Assembly: GCF_018350175.1 (NCBI RefSeq)
Contig: NC_058368.1
Coordinates: 236,408,001 to 236,472,000 of the forward strand
DNA from: Felis catus
Taxonomy: Eukaryota
Reading direction: 5' to 3'
DNA length: 64,000 nucleotides
The notes beneath the pieces were generated by a model. The model saw only the letters and a list, made by a program, of their open reading frames with translations, was not told the DNA's origin and ran no database searches. The position numbers and the translations under genes are program-made. Positions 1 through 11,630 of the stretch are shown piece by piece. Position 1 is the stretch's first letter; each line of letters starts with the position of its first letter.

Positions 1-511
1 GACCCGCTTTGGTTCATCAGTTTCGAAGCTTTGTCTGCCGATCTACAGTCACGGTAAGGAGCGTGTGGACCATGTGGGCTCACTGATACTACTGTCTGAG
101 TCAACAAGACACGTGTGGAAAACAAAATTTAGCATTTAAAGTTCTTATCCCTAACAGGGACAACTTTTCGCAAAGTCCAAAAGACAAGTTGCCTAAAGAA
201 TGAGTGCTATATTTATCTATGGAATATTCTTCAATTATTATGATCCTATAAATAACTCCACCAAAGCGTCTCAAAAATAAAAATTATCGAATATTCGATT
301 CTATTTATTAATACCTATAAATTTCTTTCTGTCCGTTTTAACATTTAAATTACACATACTCATTACCTGCACGATTTTACATATCCTCTAACTTTCTGAA
401 ATATTTTGATTGCAGGAAATTAGAAGAATTTGCAAATATATTAGATATGTCATGAAATGCAGTCATAACCCATGAATAGCTTGACTGAAATTCATAATCA
501 AATTTATTTAA

Positions 512-539
512 AAATTTTTTTAATGTTGATTTTTGAGAC

Positions 540-571
<32 letters not shown>

Positions 572-737
572 TGAATGGGGGAGAGGCAGAGAGAGAGAGG
601 GAGACACAGAAGCCAAAGCAGGCTCCAGGCTCCAAGCTGGCAGAACAGAGCCTGACGCGGGCTGGAACTCACAAACCATGAGATCGTGACCTGAGCAGAA
701 GTCAGGCCCTTAACCAACTGAACCACTCAGGTGCCTT
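512..737 (-). mobile_element. Can-SINE (SINEC_Fc-like)
   Basis: Reverse complement reads tRNA-like head, GCTCAGGTCACGATCTCATGG, (CT)n tract and A-rich tail. Confidence 0.95.
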
Positions 738-1491
738 AAAATCCAGAATCTGATTTAAAAGGCAAACGAAGGTAGGCGATGGAGGTGATAAAGGAGAAGA
801 AAGACACTGTGTCTGGCCCACTGTGGAAGGGCCATCTCATTGGCCATCTCACGACCGCATGGGGATGATGGACACAAACGCAGCCTTCAGATATGGTAGA
901 ATGGGTTGGCTGGGGTTAGCCCAACGCCCGCTCACAACTTTAGAGAGGTTTATGCCTACAGTATCTATGTACTCTCCCCATCTATTTCCACCTATATACT
1001 GATAGTGAAATAGTTGAAAGAGGCATCTACTAATTACGACTTTATTTTATTATAGAAAATAGGCTGAACTCCGATTAGAAAGGAACTCAGGGAGCTGCTG
1101 AAGAGTTGCATCGGCCCTAATGTAAAGCAAAAGGAAAACATTCAGTGTGTGTATCTTGGGCATATGGTCACAACATGGGGACTGGGGAGGCCAAGAGAAG
1201 AAAGGATGAAAGGCTGAGAACAATTTCAAATACCAAGAGAAATCCTTTTGGCTAAGAATAATGTACCTTCCGTGTCTTTCAAAAATTTTCTCAACAGATG
1301 GGCTGCTGGGCTTTGCTCCCCACAGAAAGTTCAAAACGGTAGGGACGATTTCAATTACTCACTTGGATTTTAAGGAAATGGAGAAAAATGTCGGTGCTAA
1401 CGTCTTCAGGGTTTAGATCAACTACAGAAGTCAGCGATCAGCCGAGATAAAAAGTCAGCAAACCGCAGGCAGATGGGAGTGTAGCACCGAG

Positions 1492-1540
1492 TCCCCCCAC
1501 AACCTCCCCCCCGACCTCTCCCCCAACACCCCCGCCCCCG
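1492..1540 (-). other. C-run cluster; G-quadruplex-type motif on the minus strand
   Basis: Five runs of 5 or more C within about 50 bp. Confidence 0.5.
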
Positions 1541-3171
1541 GTGCCTCGCTTTGTGGTTTCGTGTCCTCCCTCCCCACCGACGGCAGGGCACAGCTTAGAG
1601 GGTTTGGACCTGGATTTCCCTGCGGGCACTGGTGTTGTCCTTGTTTTATTTACTGGAAGGGTAGACGTGGAGGGAAGTCGGGATGGGTGTTTGCTGTTGA
1701 GTCGTAGTGAAGGGACACTAGTCAGTGGTGCCCACGATTTAGAGCTGAGTTGGGAGGTCCCAGACACGCTGTTCCTTTCTTCCCTTTGTTGAGTCGTCGC
1801 TGTCTCAGCCATGGGGCCGAGCCAAAGTCGATGCACTGGGGTGACGGGGACACATTTACTGGGCTCCTAGCACGAGCCCTCTGCCCACTTCTTTGCCTCC
1901 TGCTTAGGTCACCCTGACCCTCCCGGTCTGCACCCACTGTCAGCAGGTGGGGCTGTCTTTCCAAGAAGGTTACATCCTCCTTCTTCTTTCCCGCTCAGTT
2001 TCCAGCACGTTGGAGAAACCAGCATTGCACGTACAGAACACACATCACTGTGCTCCGCTGTGGCCACTGCCCTCCCCTGACACCCACTGGCCGCCTTCCA
2101 GACCCCGGGGCATCGTGTCACCGGGCGCCGGACCATCCTTTCCCAGATACTGGTCCGACAGTGTCCCAGACACGAGGTCCACGGGGCCCCTCTGGCACAC
2201 TCCCGTGTTAGGATGACTTTAAGAGAAGTCTGGGTAGGGGAAAGTAAAGAGAAGGCAAGGCGGGGTGGGGGGGCGTGGAATCAAGCTCAATGTTTTGGGG
2301 AATTCTCTTTGGAATCACTTGCCTTGGGGTCTCCATAGATGGCAGAAGGTCCTGGGCCTCGGGCCCCCGCCACATCCCTGGGGCTTCTCAGTGGCCCAGG
2401 CTGCCAGCTGCCTGGTTTAAGAGCCAAATATGAAAGGCAATAATGCCCACAGTAGGAAGACAGGAGAAAAGGGACGTACAAATGCTTGCTGTTTATCAAC
2501 AGGTCAATCATCTTCTTTGTTCACTCAGTTCCCGCCTCTCGCTGCAAAGAATGAGGGGGTTCCTGCTGGCTGGGGTCTGTCTTTAATGCATCTTTTTTTT
2601 TTCCTTTTTTTTTTTTTTAAGACTTAGAAAACCATATGACACAGTGCCATTAATTCTGAGTGGTGAAAACTTGGCTGTTTGTTATATCATTCTCTGAATT
2701 TTTTTTTTCTGTACTTGAACATTATTCTCTGAATAAAAAAGAAAATGAAGTAATGCACAGGAAAGTGGCTTACAGATGAAAAGCAGTCTACAAAGGGAAG
2801 ACCGTGTGGCACAAGACGATCTCTAAAGGGGGCGTTTGTCCAAATCCAGGTCTGTGAAGAGCCTCTCAGGAGAAATCTTCCAAATCCACTACTTAAAATG
2901 AGTTCGGTTCCTTTCCCTGCGTCTCAAATCCAAAGTCAGGAAATTTGAATCTCTAGGTCAAGAGGCTTGAAACCATGGGGAACATAGTAACTTGGAAGAC
3001 ATGTAATTAAGGTTTTATGCAATTTGGACTCGATTAAGGGTTTTCTAAATCTCTACATCACATACACACACATGCACATGCAAACACTATACGTTATGGG
3101 ACCAGAAGACTGACCTGAGAAATACAGAACACACAGACCACTGGCAAATGGTGTAAATGGTGTTAAATTTA

Positions 3172-3372
3172 CATTTATTTATTTTTGGGACAGAGAGAGA
3201 CAGAGCACAAGTGGGGGAGGGGCAGAGAGAGAGGGAGACACAGAGTCCGAAGCAGGCTCCAGGCTCCGAGCTGTCAGCACGGAGCCCGACGTGGGGCTCG
3301 AACTCACGAACCGTGAGATCATGACCTGAGCCCAAGTCGGACGCTTAACCGACAGAGCCACCCAGGTGCCCC
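3172..3372 (-). mobile_element. Full-length Can-SINE (SINEC_Fc-like) with 18-bp TSD
   Basis: Canonical SINE body; TSD taaatggt(g/a)ttaaattta at 3154-3171 and 3373-3390. Confidence 0.97.
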
Positions 3373-4389
3373 TAAATGGTATTAAATTTAGAGCAACGTT
3401 GACATAAGCTAAACTTTTCCTATTCAGCTGGACTCACGTCATTACTCAAATTTGAACGTTTCTTATTGTGACAATCTTTATATACCCAGGACGGCTTCCT
3501 AGACAGGGTAATAAAAGACACATCTCGTATCACATGAAAGCCGACCCCTGACCATGTGATCGCACAGCGGCCTGGAGCCCGTGGAGGTGGGACGCAGCCT
3601 TGTTCCTCACGCTGCTGCTGTGGCTGGCTTACTCTACGCACCCATTGCAGCTGTGACTTAAATTCATGATTGCTGGTGACCCTTCCTCTATTCCAGAAAT
3701 CACATCGCCTCAACAATGTGCAAAAGCCTCTACCTTGGGCAGGAAGGCTCTAGATCGCCCAGGCTCTGCCATGCAAGGAAGCACAAAATCGTCCCTATGA
3801 GCAATCGAGCTCCCATTTGGTTCCATCGTGTTATCAAACAAACCGTAGGCTGTCCGCTAGCAATGAACCTTCCCTTCTGGAGTCTGATGTGTCCAAAAAT
3901 CCAAAGAAAGACATTCCTTTAATGTCTTTCCCGCATTCTTCCCGGTCTCACCTTCCCGTCTTCAGGGTGTGTGTCCGGTCACCCTATGCTCACCATGCAC
4001 GCGGCCCAGAGCACGCTAACAGGACTGATGACCCAGGAAGGGGACATTCGTTTGCTTAGAACTCCCTTCCAAAATCATCCAGGAGGAAGCTGCTGTGCAA
4101 AGCTCCCCCGCTTCCTTGCTGGGTATCCCTGAACACGGTGTTTAACCTCTCTGTTCTCAGTCTTTTACTGAAAAGTGGACGTTAACAATGCACCTGCCTT
4201 ACAGGAGAGTCACCAGTATTAAGGAGTGAATTTCTGCCTCTCAGCGCTATCATCATGGGCACGGAGCCAACCTTAAACCAATGTGGTTGACATCTGGCCG
4301 TGGTTGTGAAAAATCCAAAACAAACTCGCTTTACAAAATAGTACATAAAAGATGACCTTAGCAGTGACAGAAGAAGAAAAAAAATAAGG

Positions 4390-4465
4390 AAGAAGAGGAG
4401 GGAGAAGAGGAGGAGGAGGAGGAGGAGGAGGAGGAGGAGGAGGAGGAGGGGAGGAAGGAAGGAAA
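4390..4465. repeat. (GGA)n trinucleotide microsatellite in a purine tract
   Basis: Seen directly. Confidence 0.95.
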
Positions 4466-4690
4466 TGCTGGGAACAGAAGCTTCCTTGGAAATCAGGTTA
4501 CACGATCTGATCAAAATGAACGTGAGCCCCCGGCGTGGCCCAGCCATACTCTGTGTGTGGACCCACAGCCCCAAAAGTCCTGTGGGAGTGTGCAGGGGCA
4601 GCAGACTGCATGTCCAACTATGAGTGCTGGGCCCTCCCCAACTGCTCAGACAGCTGTTGACCCAGTGACTTTAATAATCCTAATCCATTT

Positions 4691-4855
4691 GGGGCGCTTA
4701 GGTGGCTCAGTCAGTTGAGCATCCAACTCTTGATTTCAGCTCAGGTCATGATCCCAGGGTCATGGGATTGAGCCCCACATCAGGCTCCATGCTGAGTGTG
4801 GAGCCTGCTTAAAATTCTCTCTCTCTCTCTCTCTCTCTCTCAAATAAATAATAGA
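4691..4855 (+). mobile_element. Can-SINE (shorter, probably older subfamily) with perfect 15-bp TSD
   Basis: GGGGCGCTTAGGTGGCTCAGTCAG head, (CT)n, AATAAA tail; TSD aatcctaatccattt at 4676-4690 and 4856-4870. Confidence 0.95.
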
Positions 4856-7810
4856 AATCCTAATCCATTTAGTTAACTGTGGGAGGTGACTTCTTACTTC
4901 CTAACACACACAAAAAAAAACAAATAAACAAACAAACAACCAAACAACAGTTGAGTAGGTTTTAATGACTCAAATTCAAACTCTTTTGCTCCCTACCAAA
5001 AATAGCCAGGGGACACTGGAATGCCGATGGCAAGCTGGTCATGTGTCTGGAAATTCATTTTCCCTCCAGAAACCTTGAGAAGATGTTTGTGAGCCACACA
5101 TTTGGAGATGAGTCCTTTATAGAAAGGAAATAGTGTGTAATTCTTCAGAAATAATGTGTGAATGTATGGTGATCGTCGGGCGTTTGCTTAATTTGGTGGA
5201 ACGAGGACATTAAGGGCCCCAAATCCTACCAACAGATAGCGACCCCCCATATTTTGGGAACTCTGTGAGACTACATTTTATATGGAGATACAGACAGTCC
5301 TGCCCTCTGGCAGCTGCTGACCTCCTCAGGGAGATAGGTGTGCACACAATTACACCTTGGAGGACAGAGTGTCACGATCAAGATAGACACAACTCTCGCC
5401 ACAAGGGACAGGAAAGCGTTCCCCAAGAACACTGAGCATCCCCCAGATGGCAATGCCCTGATAGAACAGTAAATCAACCCCTGCTCTGATTTCCCTCAGA
5501 AATTGGATGGGAAAGAAAACAACAACAACACCTGAGCTATTGGTTTCCATTGTCAAAGTCTTTGGAGTTAGAGAGGGAGTCTCTGTAGGACAGACGGGAG
5601 CAAAACGTTCTCGGAGTGGGGTTTCTAACATGCCCCAGGTTGGGGCGGCGCTGGGGACCACGCGGGGCCGAGGCCCGGTGTGGACGAGAGTGCACTCAGC
5701 AGGGCATCCTTGGACGCTGAGCCCAGCGAGGCCCTCCCTGCCTCAGTGGGAAGAATGAGTGAAATCGTGTTGCTAATGGAGTGCGGGCTTCGTTGTGGCT
5801 GAGTGTATTCATTCAGGGGGGAAAACCATCCTCCTTCTATAGAAACACGCCTGGAGCCGCATTCTTCAGCTTGTGAAGACCATATAACGCTCTTCAACCT
5901 CTATCACGGTGAGCCCGTCGGTGGGTATGGGTGGAACCTGCACAAAGTGAGAGATCCAGCCACTGAGGAATGAGTACTCGCCCTGAAGCCGATTCCCAGA
6001 CGTCTGCAGACGCACGGCGCCCAACAAGGGAGCCATTTCCTGGGGATCCCCACAAATGCTTTAGCTCACACCGGCGGAAGAGCCTGGAATATAGACTTCC
6101 AGCCACGTAAATGCCTCGAAAGGAAATCTGTCATTTTTGGCTGGCTTGTTTGTTTTTGGGCTAAGTGACAACACCCACCGCAAAATTGAAAGCGTGATGT
6201 CATCCCTCTCTGCAGAAAGGAGTAGGAATAGACTGGCATTCTCCAGAGGCTTCTCTGCAAGCCAGTGCTCTGGGTGAACACGCTGCTGTCCCCTCACTGC
6301 TGCTGGGGCTTGTTCACCTGCCGACCGCTGTGCTGTTATAAGGGCACTGCTCACACACAGACCTCTGGCATTTCTCAAAATCTGAGGCCAGACAGGTCAC
6401 ACCTTTTAGCGCTGCAGGGGGAGCCTGTGGGCGTGTGACCCCTGAGCCCTGCTCAGAATCACAGCCAGCGCAGTGGCCTCCTCACAGCTCTCTGCGCTGG
6501 GCCACCGCGCTCCGCAGTTTGGAAGCCTTGTTGATCTGGTGCCAGTCGCCAGTACAGAGAAGCTCATCAAGACATACAGCATCATTTAGAGGATCACGGA
6601 CAGGCCGCAGGGTCCTGAGCTCTCACATGACAGTGATTCCCCGTCGAGAAAATTCTTTGTCCCCGCAGGGGCAGAAAGAATAACTGTACAAACCAAGCCA
6701 TGTCAGACGCCACTGTATTTTTTTCTTTCTGCAGGGGAAAGTGTGTTATTAAATGAAAAGATAACTTTTTCTCGAGTGTCTTGAAATCCTAAGCATTAAA
6801 AAACAAACTGGTTGTACCACCACCTAGGATTCTTTATTTTCACACAAGCAAAACACGGAAACCCAAACCCAAACCCAGTTTCTTTCTAGAATTGCTCTCG
6901 TCTAGAATATTTTCATGACACTGGATGAAAAGCGTTAACAAATAGCAAGCGACAAAGAATTATGCCCATGATTCACTGACGTGAGCAGTCACATACCAAA
7001 CCGGATTGCTTTTGGAAGGTGAAATTATTTTACAAGGCATAAATAAATTTTGAAACGGAAAAGAAAGTCAATTCCTTATAGTCCATTGCACAGTGTGAGC
7101 CGTCCATGTGTTTTCAAACTTCTGCCATTAGTCCTGGAAAGATTTTGTTGCCCGTATTTTACCAAACGTATTGTCGCAGGACTTCCGAGCTCACCGTCTT
7201 CGTCGTTATGACTGATCCTCTCGTGACAAGGTCCCTCCATGAAGGTCAACAGTCTCTCTCGCGGGAAGCCCTGGCGGACAGCTGCCCCAGAGTCAGGCGT
7301 GTGTGCAGAGCACCTGGCCAGGCTAGGACAGGAGGCAGGTCCCCGAGGGCACTGTTAGGACGCCGACAGCATGCGGGCCCCCACAGGCACTCTAGCTGTG
7401 GATTTCCTGGTCATCCGCACCATGCATGCACCCCAACACCACCGGTTCCCCTGCAAGCTAACTTTAGGCTGTGTTTCTGTAGCTTGTAACTCAGAGTCCT
7501 GAGGCTTGAGGACAGAGCACTACGGGTTAGCAAATCAGCGTGAAAAATGCTGAATTAGGAGCAGAAATGGCTGGATGGCCAGGATCATCACACACAGTCA
7601 TTCGGGAGGAAGAGAATGATGGATGGGCCAGAAGTCCTTGAAAGAGAGCTACCCACACAGACCACCCTCTTGTCCTGGAAAACAAAGCCTCTAGGGGTCA
7701 TTATTGATTCTGATGAGGTCTAAATGCTCACCAAGAGATCACTAATGACTTCAGGGGGAATCTTGTTTCTAGTACCCAGGATGTGATGAAAGGGAGACCG
7801 GAGGTTCTGC

Positions 7811-8050
7811 AGGAGGAGGAGGGACAGAGGGGGAGGGGGAGGGAGGGAGGGAGGAAGGAAGGGAGAGAGAGGGGAAGAGGAAGAGAGAGAAAGGGAGGAA
7901 GACAGAGGGAGGGAGGGAGAGGGAAGCAGAGGGAGGGAGACAGAGAGAGAGGGAAGGAGGCAGAGGGAGAGAGACAGAGGGGGAGAGAGAGGGAGGAAGG
8001 GAGAGAAGGAGGGAGAGGGAGGGTGAGAGAGCACAAGAGAAAGAAAGGGT
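7811..8050. repeat. G/A-rich low-complexity polypurine tract
   Basis: About 240 bp of almost only G and A. Confidence 0.95.
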
Positions 8051-9181
8051 GAAGGACGTGTATTAAGGCAAAGAAACAACTTGTTACAGACACCTCCCAG
8101 GAGTGTGCTGTGTTAAAGGGGCAGGGTTTTTACCTCTCACTAACATCTACTAGTTGGACTTCTAGACTGACCGTGGGTAACTGCAGTCAGGATGTTTATT
8201 GGGCAGACAGTGGGGCTCAGAGAGTCTCGGGGGCGGGGGACTGGAGAAATAGGTGCAAATGGGGGCGAGGACAGGATGCTCCTGAGAGCAGAGAAGCAGG
8301 AATCTCACAACACAGAACCTTCCCTAGCATGTAACCTCTAGCCATTTGTCCGCACCTGCCTCACTTGAGGGTGGATCAGTCATAGGACACCAGACCTTGG
8401 TCACACGTGTTTGGAAAAAGTTGAAGGAGAACCCAGATCCCTTCCCCGCTACAGGGAGAGGAGCACCCACCATTATTCAGCCGCTCACACAGATCCCCAC
8501 CAGAGGGAGGTGAGTTCTCCCAGGGACCAGGGACAGGGGACAACTGGGGACAGGTGCATGGGGACAAGGCATCAACCAGGGGCTTGTCAGCATTGACAGC
8601 AGCAAATGGTGGGTGCCTCAGCATCTGTACCTTACCAATATTTTACGTGTGTTATATCTAGCAATTCCTATGTTAATACGTAATCAATGACATTGAATTA
8701 CGTAAAATAATGTCTTAGGTTTGATGGTTTTGATGTTGCTAAAGTTTGGTCCATTTCCTTGAGATCGGCGATGATACGAACTTGCTGTCTACTTTCTACT
8801 TTTCATCTGACGTGAACCATCTGCATTCTTTAAGACCCTCAACACGAAAAATTACAACGGCTCCTACTTTCTGAGCGCCTGAGATGCCTGAGAAACTGTG
8901 GTATTCCCTTCCCTCCACACACAGGATAACTTATTTTATCCGCTGTTAGTGCATCACAGTGGAAGTGATCTCGTGCGATATTTTTGCCTCTGAGGAAGAG
9001 AAGTAATGGTGGCAGGGGCCGGTGGTAGAGAAAAGACACAAAGCTGAGATACCTAAAATGAGGTGAATTAAAGCATATTAGTAAAAAGTACATGTGCCAC
9101 TGTGGGTGTATGCATTTGATAGCAGTCACCCTCTATAAAGTAACAGAACCCCCTCACTAACTAAGATGTCTGGGTTCTCAC

Positions 9182-9662
9182 ATATTTTTTTTTTACAAAT
9201 TACCTTTTATTGTTTTCTTTTGAAAAATAACTTCCTGTCGTTTGAAAAATAACTTCCTGTCCGTTAGCTAACATACAGTGTATCCAGTGTGCTCGTAGCT
9301 TTCGGAGTAGATTCCCATGATGCATCGCTTACATACAACACCCAGTGCTCGTCCCCACAAGTGCCCTCCTCCGTGCAGACAACACAATGAAATAAAAGGC
9401 ATCCAAATTGTCAAGGAAGAAGTCAAACGTTCGCTTTTCGCAGGTGTCATGACGCTCTGCGTGGAAAACTTGAAAGGCTCCCCCAAAGAGCTGCTAGAAC
9501 TGATACATGAATTCAGTAAGGTCGCAGGATACAAATTCAACGCACAGAAATCGGCTGCATTTCTATACACCAATAATGAAGCAACAGAAAGAGAAATCAA
9601 GAAATCGATGCCATTTACAATTGCACCGAGGACCATAAAATATCTAGGAATACACCTCACCG
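9182..9662 (-). mobile_element. 5'-truncated, 5'-inverted LINE-1 insertion: 3' end on minus (about 9185-9371), ORF2 fragment inverted on plus (about 9375-9669)
   Basis: Poly(T) at 9185-9194; L1 3'UTR in reverse; ORF2 peptide [13 protein letters not shown]...[15 protein letters not shown]...KYLGIHLT; 19-bp TSD aagatgtctgggttctcac at 9163-9181 and 9663-9681. Confidence 0.92.
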
Positions 9663-9669
9663 AAGATGT
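9375..9669 (+). pseudogene. Dead LINE-1 ORF2 reverse-transcriptase fragment
   Basis: Translation matches the L1 ORF2 RT region; catalytic FADD motif reads FAGV. Confidence 0.9.
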
Positions 9670-9879
9670 CTGGGTTCTCACGTTCTTAAAAAGTCTCAAT
9701 TTAAAGTTTGCTTGTTTCTAATTCAGAAAAATCGGCTCCAGTGTGGGCAAATATTTACCTTTTTCGGAGTAAGTATGGTAACTCTCCTCCAATCCTAGCA
9801 AGTAGTGGTGGGGGTTTATTGTGTGTGGTTTTTGCTTTTTGCTTTTTTTGTTTTAGGGTGTTTTTTTGTTTGTTTGTTC

Positions 9880-9906
9880 GTGTGTGTGTGTGTGTGTGTG
9901 TGTGTG
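9880..9906. repeat. (TG)n microsatellite
   Basis: Seen directly. Confidence 0.95.
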
Positions 9907-9997
9907 GTTTTTTAGGTCCGTCCCTTTGCAGCACATCACAGATTTAGGATCTCTTAGTGTCTTTCCACTTTTGCACCATGGAGTCAAGGTGACAAAG

Positions 9998-10043
9998 TAA
10001 AACAAAGACAAAAACAAACAAACAAACAAACAAACAAACAAAC
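9998..10043. repeat. (AAAC)n microsatellite
   Basis: Seen directly. Confidence 0.9.
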
Positions 10044-11202
10044 GATGCCTTTTCACTGGAATCAGGTCCTGGGTGACTGGAGATACATTTGAAACTGTTC
10101 TACACGGTCCCAGATTTTTTATCTCTGTTAAGCTGAAAAGTCGACACCATGCTGGGAAGTTATGATAATTACAGCAAGGCTCTAGAAACAAACATGCTAA
10201 CTATTGTATTTTATTAAACGTATTCCCCTATGTTTTCCCTGCATCATCTCTTTCCTCGAAGTCTTGTCTAGTTCCGGGACAGTCCTGGTGACAGTTGCTG
10301 GGGGACTGACTCTCTAATTACGATTCTATCAAGAAGTTGTAGGAAATGAATCGACGCAGGGGTCTGTGAGCAATCCTGCAGCTGACGTAGCCGAGCAAGA
10401 TGAAAGTCTCCATCAACAATCAGTGTTTGTTCAGTTCAGTTAAATATTCGCCGTGGGACCAGCCTGCTCCAGGCCCGGTGTGTCGACCGGAAGCAGCAGA
10501 GGAGATCCGGGGTCGGCCCCACCGGGAGGGATTACCCGAAGGAGACGCGCCCACAGCCTGTCTCCGCAGGTTTGTCTGAGCTGAGACAGACGCCATCGGC
10601 CTGGGGAGCAGACAGCGGGCTGCGAGCACCTCCAGGGGGACAGGGCTCTGGTGACCGAGGATGGTGGCCTGCCCGGAGGCGGGGACCCCTTTAGCGGCTC
10701 TGTGCTACTCACCTTCTGGCCTCTGAGCTTTTCTGCCAACGAGTGGCCTCTGTCAACTTCTTCAGAGGAGCCCCAGGCCCTGGAGCGGCCTTGTCCACCC
10801 CAGAAACCAGAAGTGACCAGCACTTGAGGTTTCCAGGTCCCAAGGACCCAGCCACCTGCGTGCTCTCACTACGAGAAACAAACCTTGGTCCCCTGGTGTC
10901 CCTCATGCCCTCGAGCCTGCCGCTGGGCCCAGCTGGGCCTGGGCCTCCCCTGAGTCCACACCCTTCCCACCCTGCTTGTCCTGTACCCTCGCTGTCTGTC
11001 CCTCCCGGAAACACCTCCTCGGACAGTGGCTTGCACCTCGGTCGGGGGCCAGGGTCAGGGCTGGGAGAGAGACGACTGTTGACAGGTGACTCGGTTGTTA
11101 AAAGAAGGCAAGAGGCACCCGAGAACAGATGAGTGTGGGCGGAAGGACAGACAGACGGGGGCAAGGCTAGGAGCATGGTTAAGACAGATGTGGTGGTCTT
11201 CG

Positions 11203-11278
11203 CATTCATGCATTCATTCATTCCGTGTGTGCTTCGTGTGTCCCACCTGCCAGGCACCATGCAGCGCTGGGGACAGGC
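11203..11278 (-). mobile_element. L2 3'-end relic
   Basis: (CATT)n followed by ccacctgccaggcaccatgc...ctggggaca, typical of the L2 terminus in reverse. Confidence 0.65.
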
Positions 11279-11282
11279 AGCC

Positions 11283-11630
11283 GTATGAGCATCCACAGGC
11301 CGTCACAACAAAGCATCCCAGGCTTAAGGAAAACATTTGTGTCCCCGCAGTGCTGGCAGCCGGGAGTCCCGGGGACTGAGTGGTCAGGCCGGCTTCTCCT
11401 GGGGCCCCTCCCTGGGGCTCCTCACACGGACGTCCCTGTGTGTGTGTGTTCCTGTCCTCATTTTCTCTTCTGGTCAAGGACACAGGTTGTCTTGGATTAG
11501 GACCCACCGAAGTGACATTTAACTAGATTACTTCACTAGCCACCCTGCCTGTGAACACAGTCACCTTTTGAGGTGCTGAGGATTAGGCCTTCCACATACA
11601 AACTGGGATCAGGGGGACGAAATCCAACCA
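11283..11630 (-). mobile_element. MaLR solo LTR (MLT1A/B-like)
   Basis: Motifs aaggacac...ttggattaggacccacc and acagtcaccttttgaggtgctgaggattagg. Confidence 0.8.

Noticed and set aside
1..59. Possible plus-strand exon end with donor ACG|GTAAGG at the window start
   Set aside because: No frame gives a peptide I recognise and the acceptor lies outside the window
1438..1836. Ser/Thr/Pro-rich 132-aa minus-strand ORF resembling a mucin-like exon
   Set aside because: No recognisable homology, no convincing splice boundaries, and it ends in a G-run low-complexity tract; a BLASTX search would settle it
4182..4574. Poly-Leu, membrane-like ORF
   Set aside because: Translation of the (GGA)n microsatellite
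10709..11296. 195-aa ORF ending at a strong minus-strand donor (AAG|GTGAGT)
   Set aside because: Begins in L2/MLT relics; GC-rich DNA gives long chance ORFs; no known domain
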